From contig DASQDI010000068.1 in the NCBI GenBank assembly GCA_035634255.1, positions 23,695-87,694 on the forward strand: a DNA stretch of 64,000 bases. The letters are read 5' to 3'. A program made the translations under genes and the position numbers. Positions 27,588-37,722 of the stretch are shown here, one piece after another. Within the stretch, counting starts at the first letter, position 1. The number at the start of each line of letters is the position of its first letter. The DNA is from Blastocatellia bacterium. Its GTDB lineage: Bacteria > Acidobacteriota > Blastocatellia > UBA7656. The notes under the pieces are model-generated. The model was not told the origin of the DNA. It worked only from the letters and a program-made list of their open reading frames with translations, and did not search any database.

Positions 27588-30500
27588 GTGAGGAAAGCTG
27601 TGCGAAATACTCTCTCCGGTAGTAAGGCGGTTGTCTGCCTCGCGGTATCTTTTTTCGCCCTCATGGGCCTGCTCCCCTCCCGGCCCGGATCGACGGGCGC
27701 GCGAGTCGCGGCTTCGGCCGCGGGAGATTCAAGGGTCGGCCCCGGCCGCTCCGGGGAGGAGATCGAAGACCGGGTCAGGGATTCGTATGGGAAGCTGCCT
27801 CTCATGTTCGAGGCGAACGTCGGGCAGGCCGATTCGAAGGTGGACTTCCTCTCGCGGGGCGCGGGCTACAGCGTGTTCATAAGCTCGACCGAAGCCGTCT
27901 TCGCTATGTCGCACTCGTCTGCTTCCGACGACTCCGACGCCGGAAAGAAGGCCTCTCTGCTCCGCATGAGACTCGTGGGGGCGAGCCCGCACGCCCGGCC
28001 CGAGGGGCTTGAGCTGATGGAGGGCACGAGCAACTACTTCGTGGGCGGGGACGAAAAGAAGTGGCGCACGGCCATCCCCAACTATGGCAGAGTGCTCTAC
28101 AGGCAGGTCTACGCGGGAATAGACGTGTCTTATTACGGCAACCAGAGGGAGCTTGAATACGACTTCATAGTGGCTCCGGGAGCCAGTTCCAAGGCGATCA
28201 GGCTGGAATTCAAGGGGGCGCGGCGGATGCGCGTCGACGAGGCCGGCGACCTGCTGCTGGGCACGGCCGCGGGCGAGATGAGGCAGCGCAGGCCCGTCGC
28301 CTATCAGGAGGTTGACGGCGCGAGGCGGAGCGTCGAGGCGCGGTACGTGATCAGGGGCAGGAATAAGGTCAGCCTGAAGGTCGGCGCGTACGACGCGAGC
28401 AGGCCGCTCGTCATCGACCCGGTATTCAGCTATTCGACCTTCCTCGGCGGGGTCGCCGAAGAGACGGCCAGAGGCATCAGATTAGATTCGGACGGCAACG
28501 CCTACGTCACCGGGCGCACCCGGTCCGCCGGCTTTCCAAAGACTGTTGGCTCTTTCGACCCGACGTACAATGAAGGGGCCGACATATTCGTCACCAAATT
28601 AAATGCGGACGGCTCGGGCCTGATCTACTCGACTTTCATCGGCGGGGCGCGCGACGAGGAAGGGTTCGGCATCGCCCTCGACCCGTCGAACAACGCTTAC
28701 GTGACCGGGTTCACGAGGTCGAACGATTTCCCCACCACGCCGGGGGCGTTCCAGCCGCAGCCCTCTTTAAATGTCGACACTGAAGCCTTCGCGATCAAGT
28801 TGAACTCCGCGGGCTCGGCCCTTGTTTACTCAACCTATTTAGGGGGCGACGGGACCGATCAGGGGAACGGCATCGCCGTGGACGCGGAGGGCTTCGCTTA
28901 CGTGACGGGGGCGACCGCCTCCCTGAATTTCGACACGACTCCGGGCGCGTTTCAAAACACGATTGAGGGTAACGTGGCCTTCGGCGACGCCTTCATCACC
29001 CGGCTGAATCAAGGCGGCACGGGCCTCATGTATTCGACCTACCTCGGGGGCACGAATTTCGATACGGCCTTAGGCATTGACGTGGACGCGGCGGGCCTCG
29101 CTTACGTCGCCGGCACGACGCGCTCGGTGGACTTCGACACGACTCCGGGTGCGTTCCAGACCACATTCATCACCGACGGCGGGTTCAACTTCAGCGACGC
29201 TTTCGTAACGAAGGTGAACAGCAACGGCACGGGGCTGATCTATTCCACCTACGTCGGAGACATCGGCGAGGAGACGGCGCGAGGCATCCATGTCAACTCG
29301 GCGGGGGAAGCGTACGTGGTCGGGAACAGCGATTCGCAGAGGTTCCCCACGACTCCGGGAGCCCTGCGGGTGGCCAACAAAGGCGTGGTCGGGTCCGCGA
29401 ACGGGGGGGCCGGCTGGTCCTCTCTGAATGCTGAAATGCCTGACCTTTCAATCCAGACTACGTTCATTAACACCGTAGTCATCGACCCGTCCACGCCCTC
29501 GACGATCTACGCCGCCACGTCCGAAACGGGCGTCTTCAAGAGCACGAATGGCGGCGGAAGCTGGGCCGCGATGAACTCGGGCCTGCCGGAAGAGGATCTG
29601 AGGACCCTCTCCCTCGCCATAGACCCGTCCGCCCCGTCCACTCTATATGTCGGCACGCACTTCAGGGGCGTTTTTAAGACCACGGACGGCGGGGCATCCT
29701 GGCAGGAGATCAACAACGGTCAGACCGATCCGAGGATATTCGAAGTCGCGGTGGACCCGAGCACGCCTTCGACGATTTATAACGGGAGCGAATTCGGCGT
29801 CTTCAAGAGCACAGACGCAGGCGCGCACTGGGCGCGCATTAATTCGGGGCTCTCGATCAGCTTGAGCGTGTCGGTGTTCATAGACCCATCCAACCCCTCA
29901 ACCGTTTATGGCGGGGCGGGCTCCAACGGCATCATCAAGAGCACGGACGGCGGAGCCACGTGGCGGGAGACGGGGATACCTGATGACTTCCTCGACTCTA
30001 TGGCTATACATCCGGTGACGGGCACCCTGTTCGCGAGTAATGGCGCGGGGCTTATAAAAAGCACGGATGGCGCGGCCACGTGGAGCGCGGTCGACTCGGA
30101 CCTTACCCGCAGAACCATCAGCCACCTGGCGATCCAGCCGAGCGACCCTTCCATAATGTACGCGGGGACGATCAACGGGGTCATCAAATCGACCGACGGA
30201 GGGGATACGTGGAGCGAGGCAAATGCCGGGCTCATAGGGTCCTGGGTCAGGACCGTTTCCATCGACCCGGTCAATAGCTCGACGGTCTATGCGGGCTTGA
30301 ACGATGGCAACGTAGACGCATTCGCATTGAAGCTGAACGCGGGAGGCACGGCCCTGGTCTATTCAACGTTGCTCGGCGGCGCGGGCAATGAACAGGCTCA
30401 TGCCGTGGACGTGGACTCATCCGGAAACGCCTACGTCGCCGGCGCGGCATTTTCCAGTACATTTCCCGTCACCCGCGGGCTCAGCCCTTTTAGAGGCGGC

Positions 30501-32333
30501 TTCACCGACGCATTCGTATCGAAGCTGAACCCGTCGGCCTCGGCTCTGGTCTACTCGACGTGCGTCGGCGGCCCGAGGCAGGATACGGCTTTCGCCGTGG
30601 CCGTAGACTCCGCCGAAAGCTGCCACGTCGTGGGGACATCCTCTTCCCCGGAATTTCCTACGACCCCGGGAGCATTCCAGCCCGTGATAGCCGGCACCCC
30701 GCCCGGAGGTTCCGCCGACGCCTTCATATCAAAGCTTCAGCCCGAGCCCGTGCTGCGAACCGACCTCAGCGTCACGATGACCGGGCCGGCAGAGAGCATC
30801 GCGGGCCACGGAGTGGTTCACACCATCAAGGTGACCAACGACGGCGACGAAGATGCGGTATCCATCGTGGTCTCGACCGACATGCCCCCATCCCTGATAT
30901 TGAGTTCGTGTGAAGGCGATTCGTGCACAGAGGTGCTAAACGATGTCAGGTTCGACATACCGTTCCTCGCCCCCGGCCAGAGCGCAGACTTCTCCTTCAC
31001 CTCCTCCATAGCGTGTAACGTCCAGTTCCCGGCGACTATCACCTCGACGGCCAGGGTCAGCTCTCTGTCCATCGACCCGAACGCGGCGAATGATTCCGCC
31101 TCGTTCACTTTTACGGCCACGACTCCCCCAGGCTTTATCGACCCGTCCGAATTCACCATCCCATCGGAAGGCGGCTCGTCGGGCTTCGTCGTCATCAATG
31201 GGTCAGGCTGCGCCTGGAATGCCGTGAGCAACGTCGATTGGATCACCATAATCGATGGCACCGGTTGCTGCGACAGCGGCGGCGTCTCTTACAGAGTGGA
31301 CCTCAACCCCGGCCCCCCTCGCGTCGGCACGATCAGCGTCGTGGGGCGGACCTTCACCGTCCATCAGGAGGCCGGATTCAGCGCGGGGGGCTTTATAGGC
31401 GTCCCGGTCAACATCGGAATCCTCGGGATTCCGGGCGTGACTGTGACTTTTACCAGAGTTAGCGGCACGGGGGCCCTCCCCGCGCCCGTCACCACCAACG
31501 CCTTCGGCAACTGGTCCCAGACCGGTTTCGAATTCGGCACCACCTATCGCGCCACCCCGGCGAAACGCCGCTTCACCTTCGCCCCGACTTCCACGGACTT
31601 CAGCGCGAGGGAGATGGGGATCGACTTCACCGGATCGAAGAACGCCGATACGGCCGGCGTGTTCCGCCCGTCGGACGGGTCCCTCTTCCTCAAAAACACG
31701 AACGGCACCGGCTTCGCGGATACCTTCCTCACCTATGGCATCCCCGGCGACTATCCCGTGACCGGAGACTGGGACGGCGACGGCATAGATACAATCGGCG
31801 TGTACCGTGGCGGCACCTTCTTCCTGAGGAACTCCAACACCAATGGCTTCGCCGATGTGGTCGCCGCCTTCGGCCTGCCCGGAGACCAGCCGGTGGTGGG
31901 CGACTGGGATGGTGACGGCATAGACACAATCGGGGTCTTCCGCGAGGGAGTATTTCTGCTCCGCAACTCTAACACGACGGGCGACCCGGAGACCGTCTTC
32001 GTACTCGGGAACCCCGGAGACGTGGGCATAGCGGGAGACTGGGACGGCGACGACATCGTGACGACGGGCGTATTCCGCCCCTCTAACGGAGCCTTGTTCT
32101 TGAAGAACACGAACTCAACTGGATTCGCTGACATCGTGTTGACGTACGGGCTGCCGGGAGACAAGCCCGTGGTCGGAGACTGGAACCGAGATGGGAGGGA
32201 CACGATAGGCGTCTACCGTCAGGGCACGTTCTTCCTGAGGAATTCGAATACCAACGGCTTTGCGGACATCGTGTTTACTCTCGGTGTTCCCGAGGACCAC
32301 CCGATAGCGGGCGACTGGAACGGGCTGCCCTGA
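27588..32333 (+). CDS. Giant secreted multi-repeat protein (1581 aa): SBBP beta-propeller repeats, BNR-like repeats, DUF11, Ig/BACON-like domain, C-terminal FG-GAP-like tandem repeats
   Basis: Signal peptide. Repeated YSTxLGG...GxxIAVDxxGNAYVTGxTxSxDFPTTPGAFQ units (SBBP), and about 10 xSTDGGxxW BNR-like units. A DUF11-like segment (DLSVTMTGP...VTNDGDEDA). Five C-terminal ~45-aa GDWDGDGxDTIGVFR repeats. GTG start at 27588, or more likely the GTG at 27600 after a GAGGA SD. Confidence 0.8.
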   Translation: MRKAVRNTLSGSKAVVCLAVSFFALMGLLPSRPGSTGARVAASAAGDSRVGPGRSGEEIEDRVRDSYGKLPLMFEANVGQADSKVDFLSRGAGYSVFISSTEAVFAMSHSSASDDSDAGKKASLLRMRLVGASPHARPEGLELMEGTSNYFVGGDEKKWRTAIPNYGRVLYRQVYAGIDVSYYGNQRELEYDFIVAPGASSKAIRLEFKGARRMRVDEAGDLLLGTAAGEMRQRRPVAYQEVDGARRSVEARYVIRGRNKVSLKVGAYDASRPLVIDPVFSYSTFLGGVAEETARGIRLDSDGNAYVTGRTRSAGFPKTVGSFDPTYNEGADIFVTKLNADGSGLIYSTFIGGARDEEGFGIALDPSNNAYVTGFTRSNDFPTTPGAFQPQPSLNVDTEAFAIKLNSAGSALVYSTYLGGDGTDQGNGIAVDAEGFAYVTGATASLNFDTTPGAFQNTIEGNVAFGDAFITRLNQGGTGLMYSTYLGGTNFDTALGIDVDAAGLAYVAGTTRSVDFDTTPGAFQTTFITDGGFNFSDAFVTKVNSNGTGLIYSTYVGDIGEETARGIHVNSAGEAYVVGNSDSQRFPTTPGALRVANKGVVGSANGGAGWSSLNAEMPDLSIQTTFINTVVIDPSTPSTIYAATSETGVFKSTNGGGSWAAMNSGLPEEDLRTLSLAIDPSAPSTLYVGTHFRGVFKTTDGGASWQEINNGQTDPRIFEVAVDPSTPSTIYNGSEFGVFKSTDAGAHWARINSGLSISLSVSVFIDPSNPSTVYGGAGSNGIIKSTDGGATWRETGIPDDFLDSMAIHPVTGTLFASNGAGLIKSTDGAATWSAVDSDLTRRTISHLAIQPSDPSIMYAGTINGVIKSTDGGDTWSEANAGLIGSWVRTVSIDPVNSSTVYAGLNDGNVDAFALKLNAGGTALVYSTLLGGAGNEQAHAVDVDSSGNAYVAGAAFSSTFPVTRGLSPFRGGFTDAFVSKLNPSASALVYSTCVGGPRQDTAFAVAVDSAESCHVVGTSSSPEFPTTPGAFQPVIAGTPPGGSADAFISKLQPEPVLRTDLSVTMTGPAESIAGHGVVHTIKVTNDGDEDAVSIVVSTDMPPSLILSSCEGDSCTEVLNDVRFDIPFLAPGQSADFSFTSSIACNVQFPATITSTARVSSLSIDPNAANDSASFTFTATTPPGFIDPSEFTIPSEGGSSGFVVINGSGCAWNAVSNVDWITIIDGTGCCDSGGVSYRVDLNPGPPRVGTISVVGRTFTVHQEAGFSAGGFIGVPVNIGILGIPGVTVTFTRVSGTGALPAPVTTNAFGNWSQTGFEFGTTYRATPAKRRFTFAPTSTDFSAREMGIDFTGSKNADTAGVFRPSDGSLFLKNTNGTGFADTFLTYGIPGDYPVTGDWDGDGIDTIGVYRGGTFFLRNSNTNGFADVVAAFGLPGDQPVVGDWDGDGIDTIGVFREGVFLLRNSNTTGDPETVFVLGNPGDVGIAGDWDGDDIVTTGVFRPSNGALFLKNTNSTGFADIVLTYGLPGDKPVVGDWNRDGRDTIGVYRQGTFFLRNSNTNGFADIVFTLGVPEDHPIAGDWNGLP
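31656..32330 (+). repeat. Intragenic tandem repeat (5 x ~135 bp) encoding FG-GAP-like units
   Basis: DNA-level tandem periodicity visible (…ggagactgggacggcgacggcatagatacaatcggcgtgtaccg…, recurring about every 135 bp). Confidence 0.7.
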
Positions 32334-32578
32334 GGCGAAAAGCCGCGCCGGCAAAGCGCCCCTCCCGCTCGATTAATAAGTTGCGGGAGGGCGATGAGAC
32401 GGGCTAAAATTACAGGCTCATCTGGCTAGCCGGGTCAATAATATTAGATATATCCCCAGTAAATCAGCCTGGATAAAAGTTTGACTAGAGCCACGGAGCT
32501 ACTTTATAGTGTGCCAGATTTTAAATAATGCTCAATAAGTTGTGGTCCTGACCGTCTGCTTCTGCCACGAGGTACCGA

Positions 32579-35500
32579 ATGTTTAGATTGGAAAAGTTAG
32601 AGATCAGCGGCTTCAAATCGTTCGCCGACCGCACCTCGCTCGTCTTCGGGGAGGGGATAACCGGCGTCGTCGGCCCGAACGGCTGCGGGAAGAGCAACAT
32701 CGCGGAGGCCATCTCGTGGGTGCTCGGCGAGCAGTCGGCCAAGAACCTGCGCGGCGGCAAGATGGAAGACGTGATTTTCAACGGCACGCGCGACCGCAAG
32801 CCCGTGGGGCTGGCCGAAGTCACGCTCACTCTCGTCGCCATCGAAGACATAGCCGCGCGCGACTCCGACGACGGGAAGGACGCCCAGGACGAATACGAAG
32901 ACGTGGTCGAAAAGGCCGAGCGCGCCGCCCAATCCGCCCGCGACCTCGTTCAGGGGATAACGCGGGAGGCGTCTCAGGAGGCCGCGCGCGAAGGCGAGGG
33001 TTCGGAGCCCTCCGCGTCGGCCGCGGTCGAGTCGGATCAAACGGCCCCGCTCGCGGGCGGGCCGGACGCGGAGCAACCCCAGGCGGCTCAGACGGAACCG
33101 CAGACTAAGGCGGCCGACCGCAGCCGCGCGAAGACGCCCCGCAGGCGAAAGGCGGTCGCCGTCTCCGCGGGCGAGCGCATCAGCGTGGGCCGCAGGCTCT
33201 ACCGCACGGGGGACAGCGACTACCTGATGAATGGCCGCCCGTGCCTCCTCAGGGACATTCAGGATTTATTCGCGGGCACGGGGCTGGGCGGCTCGCATTA
33301 CGCGATCATCGAGCAGGGGCGGATAGGGCAGATACTCTCGTCCAAGCCGCTCGACCGCCGCGCGCTCATCGAGGAAGCAGCGGGCATAACCAAATTCAAA
33401 ACGCGAAAGCGCTCCGCGGAATTGAAGCTCGAATCCGCGAAGCAGAACCTATCGCGGCTCAACGACATCATCTCCGAGGTGGAGCGGCAGGTGAACAGCC
33501 TCAAGCGGCAGGCGCAGAAGGCGCGCCGCTACAGGCGCTTGCGCGAAGAGATGCGCAGCCTGCAAAAGCTCACCTTCACCGCCGACTACTACAGGCTCAA
33601 CGCGGCCATCGAGCGGATCGCCGGGGAGTTCGAGTCGGCGGGGGCGAATCAGAGGGAACTGGACGCGCGGCTCGTCGAGCGCGAGACCGAGTACCGCGCG
33701 GTCTCCGCCGAGGCGCGGGCGGCCGAGGACGGTCTTTCGGCCCTCCGCGAGCAGGCCGCAGCCATCGAGCTTGAGGCCGACCGCGCGCGCAATCGCAGGG
33801 CTTTCGAAGAGCAGCAGCTTAAAGAATTGTCCGCCCGCATCGAGGAGCTCGAACGCGACCAGCAGGCCTTGTCGGAGCGGCTCTCCATGCTCGAAGCCGA
33901 GGCCGAACGCCGGGCGTCGGACCTGAAATCGCTTGAGACGGAGGTCTCTTTCGAGCAGGTCGATCTGCTGAATCGCGAGGGCGAGTACCAGGCCGAGCTC
34001 GCCCGGCTCAGGGAGGCCGAGAGCGAAATCGAGCAACTGCGCCAGCGGCTCGTTTCGGAGATCGGCATGACCGAGCGCCTGCGGAACACCGGCGCGAGCC
34101 TCGAAGACACGCTCCGCCGCGTCGTGCTCAAGCAGACCAACCTCCACTCCGAGATGGAGCGCGCGGAGGCCCGGCAGTCCGAGGCCGCGAGCGAATACGC
34201 GCGCGTGGGCTCGGAAGTCGAAGACAACCGCGTGAGGCTGCTCGACCTGTCGGCGCGCATCTCGGAGCGCTCGACGCAACTCTCCGCGCTCAGGGAGCAG
34301 GAGGAGGATTACCGCTCGCGGCTCTCGGCCATTCACGGCGAGCGCACCTCGGCGGAGCACAGGCTCCTGTCACTCGAAGAGGTGGACGCGCACCGCTCTT
34401 ACTACTCCGACGCGGTCCAGCAGGTGCTCTCGCCCGAGCAGGCGGCTCGCATAAACGGGCTCGGCACCCTCGCCGACTTCGTCGAGGTCGAGGCGCAGTA
34501 CGAGCGCCTGATTGAGAGCCTTTTCGGGCGGGAGCTTCAGTGCGTGCTCGTGCCGACCATAGACGACGCGCTCGCGGGCGTGGAGTACATAAAGGCTTCG
34601 GAGCTTGGGCGGGGCGCGTTCCTTGTCGTCGGGCTGCACGGGGGCGAAGGCGAGCCCTCCGATTTCCTCGTGGAGTCTCCCGCCGGCGACGGCGCGGTCA
34701 CGGAGATGATCTCGATTGACCGCCAGCTGCCGCCCGCGCGAAGCCTCGACGCCGACGTAGGGACGGAACTTTACTCGGAGAACCGGAGCTTCGCCGAAGA
34801 GATATTTGATGAAAAGATTCTCGGCGGGGACGCCGAAACGGAGGGCGACGAGCCGGCCGAGAGCTTCGACGAGGCGGTGCGGGTCTCGTACGACGAGGCG
34901 TCCGCGCCCGCCGAAGGGAACCTCGCCGAAGACCGCGCGCGGCGCGAGCAGTTCGACCGCGAGGCTGCCGTGAGCGCGGGCAGGTTTCAGCTCGACGTGT
35001 TGCGCGCCATAGACCTGCTCAGGCTGCGGCCGGAGATTAAGACGGTAGTCGAGCGCGCTTTTCCTGAAAAATGCGCCGCCTACGTCGTTCCTGATATCGA
35101 GGCCGCGCTCCAACTCTCCATCGAGAACGCCTCGCGCGTCTACGTCACGTACGAAGGGGAGCAGGTCGTCAACGGCCGCCTGATAGTGACCGGCGCGCAG
35201 GCGGGGCAGAAGGGCACGTCCCTGCTCGGCCTCAAGCGCGAGATCAAAGAGCTGAGGGTGAGGACCGTTGAGCTGCGGGCCGAAGAGGGGCGGCTTTCGG
35301 AGCAGCTCTCGGGGGCGCGTCAGCAGTTTCAGGAGGTCGAAGGCGAGACCTCTTCGCTCGACCTCGAATTGCGCGAGCACGAGAAGGCCGTGGCCGCGCG
35401 CGACTCGCAACTGGAGGGGCTCGCCCGCGACCTGGAGCGCGCGCGGCAGCACGTGCGCGTGGTCGAGGCGGAGCTTGAGCAGACGGCCGACGAGCGGGCT

Positions 35501-36841
35501 GATCTCGAATCGCGGATCCTGCGACTGGGCGAGGAGCTGAAGGCGGCCGAAGCCTCCCGCGACATCGTGCAGCAGTCGCTCACGTCCGCGCAGTCCGCAT
35601 TCCTCGAAATGCGCGGCAAGGTCGAGCAGATGTCGGAGCAGCTCTCAAGCGCGCGCGCTTCGGTCGCCGCCCGCGTCGAGCGGTTGCAGGCCGCGCGCTC
35701 CGAGGTGCGGAGGATAGAGAACGAGTCGGAAGAGCTTCGCGGGCGGATCAACCGCAACCGGCTTGAGCTTTACGAGAGCCACGGCCGCGCGGAGCAGTTG
35801 ACCGAGTCGCGCGCGGAAGCCGAGACGACCGCCGCGCGCTTCGAGGCCGAGCAGGCGGGGCTCGCGCAGGAGATCGGCGTCGCCGGGGAGGCCATGGCTT
35901 CCGCCCGCGCGCGCGCGGACGAGCTCGAAAAGATGCTCACGGAGCTGAGGCAGGCGGCGGGCGCGGCGCACGAGCGGCGCGGGCAGATCGAGGTCGAGCG
36001 CGCGCGCATAGAGTCGGAAGCCGAGCACCTGACCCGCTCCTGTTTTTCGGAGCTCGCCATGTCGCTCGAAGACGTGGTCACGAGCGTCGAGCTGGGGCAG
36101 GCCGCGCGGCAGTTCTCCGCCGACGACGAGCCGGAGCCCGCGCAGGCCGAAGCGCCGGAGGGCGAGCCTCAGGCGGCCTCAGACTCCGGCATCGACATCG
36201 ACGCGGCGAAGGCGCGGCTCGACGAGCTGAGGGTGAAGATCGACGAGATGGGGCCCGTGAACATGATGGCGCTCGAAGAGCTTGAGGAGTCGGACCAGCG
36301 ATTCACTTTCCTCTCCGAGCAGCGGCGCGATATCCTTGACTCGATCAAGCTGACGGAAGAGGCCCTGTCGGAGATCAAGCGCCGGTCGCGCGAGCGGTTC
36401 CGCCACGCCTTCATGCACGTCAACCGGAACTTCCAGGAGATGTTCGTGGAGCTGTTCGGGGGCGGGCGCGGCGAGATGATCCTCATCGACGAGGAAGACG
36501 TTCTCGAATCGGGGATCGACCTGATCGCGCAGCCGCCCGGAAAGAGGTTGCAGAACGTCCTGCTCCTGAGCGGCGGCGAGAAAGCGATGGCGGCAATCGC
36601 CCTCGTGCTCGCGATATTCCAGTACCGGCCGTCGCCCTTCTGCATACTCGACGAGGTCGACGCGCCGCTCGACGAGATGAACGTGGGCCGCTTCTCGAAT
36701 AAAGTTATCGAGATGAGCGAGGGCACGCAGTTCCTCGTCATCACTCACAACAAGCGCACGATGGAAGCGGCGCGCGCCCTGTACGGCGTCACGATGGAAG
36801 AGCCCGGCGTTTCCAAGCTGGTCTCTGTAAAGTTCGAGTAG
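32579..36841 (+). CDS. smc: Chromosome partition protein Smc (1420 aa, with low-complexity insertions)
   Basis: N-terminal Walker A (GPNGCGKSNI). Coiled coils, hinge, and C-terminal signature/Walker B (LSGGEKAMAAIALVLAIF...ILDEVDAPLD). It is longer than typical because of an acidic insert near the head and an insert near the hinge. Confidence 0.9.
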   Translation: MFRLEKLEISGFKSFADRTSLVFGEGITGVVGPNGCGKSNIAEAISWVLGEQSAKNLRGGKMEDVIFNGTRDRKPVGLAEVTLTLVAIEDIAARDSDDGKDAQDEYEDVVEKAERAAQSARDLVQGITREASQEAAREGEGSEPSASAAVESDQTAPLAGGPDAEQPQAAQTEPQTKAADRSRAKTPRRRKAVAVSAGERISVGRRLYRTGDSDYLMNGRPCLLRDIQDLFAGTGLGGSHYAIIEQGRIGQILSSKPLDRRALIEEAAGITKFKTRKRSAELKLESAKQNLSRLNDIISEVERQVNSLKRQAQKARRYRRLREEMRSLQKLTFTADYYRLNAAIERIAGEFESAGANQRELDARLVERETEYRAVSAEARAAEDGLSALREQAAAIELEADRARNRRAFEEQQLKELSARIEELERDQQALSERLSMLEAEAERRASDLKSLETEVSFEQVDLLNREGEYQAELARLREAESEIEQLRQRLVSEIGMTERLRNTGASLEDTLRRVVLKQTNLHSEMERAEARQSEAASEYARVGSEVEDNRVRLLDLSARISERSTQLSALREQEEDYRSRLSAIHGERTSAEHRLLSLEEVDAHRSYYSDAVQQVLSPEQAARINGLGTLADFVEVEAQYERLIESLFGRELQCVLVPTIDDALAGVEYIKASELGRGAFLVVGLHGGEGEPSDFLVESPAGDGAVTEMISIDRQLPPARSLDADVGTELYSENRSFAEEIFDEKILGGDAETEGDEPAESFDEAVRVSYDEASAPAEGNLAEDRARREQFDREAAVSAGRFQLDVLRAIDLLRLRPEIKTVVERAFPEKCAAYVVPDIEAALQLSIENASRVYVTYEGEQVVNGRLIVTGAQAGQKGTSLLGLKREIKELRVRTVELRAEEGRLSEQLSGARQQFQEVEGETSSLDLELREHEKAVAARDSQLEGLARDLERARQHVRVVEAELEQTADERADLESRILRLGEELKAAEASRDIVQQSLTSAQSAFLEMRGKVEQMSEQLSSARASVAARVERLQAARSEVRRIENESEELRGRINRNRLELYESHGRAEQLTESRAEAETTAARFEAEQAGLAQEIGVAGEAMASARARADELEKMLTELRQAAGAAHERRGQIEVERARIESEAEHLTRSCFSELAMSLEDVVTSVELGQAARQFSADDEPEPAQAEAPEGEPQAASDSGIDIDAAKARLDELRVKIDEMGPVNMMALEELEESDQRFTFLSEQRRDILDSIKLTEEALSEIKRRSRERFRHAFMHVNRNFQEMFVELFGGGRGEMILIDEEDVLESGIDLIAQPPGKRLQNVLLLSGGEKAMAAIALVLAIFQYRPSPFCILDEVDAPLDEMNVGRFSNKVIEMSEGTQFLVITHNKRTMEAARALYGVTMEEPGVSKLVSVKFE

Positions 36842-36862
36842 GGAAGCACCGGGGAATTCTTT

Positions 36863-37669
36863 ATGGGTGTACACAGTGAAGCGCAAAAGGCGCGCCCTTC
36901 GGGGCGCGGGGGCCGGGGCCCGGAGCCGAAAGCGGCGCGCGTGCCGGCCGCGATCTCGGCCCTGATGGCCTGCCTCTTCTCCCTCTCCTTTGTTCCGGGT
37001 CCGGGCCCGCACGCGCGGGCCGGGGCTCAAGGATTGGATAAACCTGTCGCGGCCGAGACTCGGGCGTCTTCCGATTCGAGCTTCAGTTACAGGTTCGAGA
37101 ACCCGCGCTTTGTCATCCCCCTGCTGGAGGTCGACGTGTCGGCCGACGGCAGCGGGCAGGTCCGGTTCAAGCGCGGCGAGTCCGACGAGATAATCGATTT
37201 CAATCTCAAGCTCAGCCCCCCGACCCTCGCGCGCATCCGCGAGCTTCTCGACAGCTCGCACTTTTTCGACTCGACCGAAGAGTACCAGAGCAAGAGGGAC
37301 TTCTCTTACCTCGGGTGGATGACGATCTCCGCGCGGCAGGGCGGGCGCGAGCGCACGGTCCGGTTCAATCACACGGCCAACCTTGAGATGAAGGAGCTGG
37401 CGGACATCTTCCGCGCCATCGGCACTCAGGGCATGCACCTGTTCAACATCGAGACGAGCCAGGAGTACCAGCCGCTCGATCTGCCGGGCCAGCTTCAGGC
37501 GCTAGAAAACGACCTGCGCCTTCAGAGGGTGGCGGAGCCGGACCGGATGCTCTCCGTGCTGCGCGAGATAGCCGGGAACGACACCGCGCCCCTGATCGCC
37601 CGCAACCATGCTTCGCGCATCGTCTCCGCGATTGAAAAGAAGAAGTTCAAATCGATGCTGGATAAGTGA
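36863..37669 (+). CDS. Hypothetical secreted protein
   Basis: Hydrophobic N-terminus. No recognisable family. Confidence 0.5.
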   Translation: MGVHSEAQKARPSGRGGRGPEPKAARVPAAISALMACLFSLSFVPGPGPHARAGAQGLDKPVAAETRASSDSSFSYRFENPRFVIPLLEVDVSADGSGQVRFKRGESDEIIDFNLKLSPPTLARIRELLDSSHFFDSTEEYQSKRDFSYLGWMTISARQGGRERTVRFNHTANLEMKELADIFRAIGTQGMHLFNIETSQEYQPLDLPGQLQALENDLRLQRVAEPDRMLSVLREIAGNDTAPLIARNHASRIVSAIEKKKFKSMLDK

Positions 37670-37722
37670 CTTCGGGGAGGGGTTGACGAGCGCGCGATAA
37701 AATCTCCGGGGCGGTTCCTGCG

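Noticed and set aside
27189-27588. Sigma54 -24/-12 promoter or riboswitch in the 400-bp leader of the giant gene
   Set aside because: No GG-N10-GC match with proper spacing, and no recognisable riboswitch core motifs by eye.
33449-37438. Several 200-420-aa minus-strand ORFs (33449..34360, 34370..35452, 36179..37438)
   Set aside because: Antisense to smc and the downstream hypothetical gene. Low complexity and Arg-rich. No family signal.
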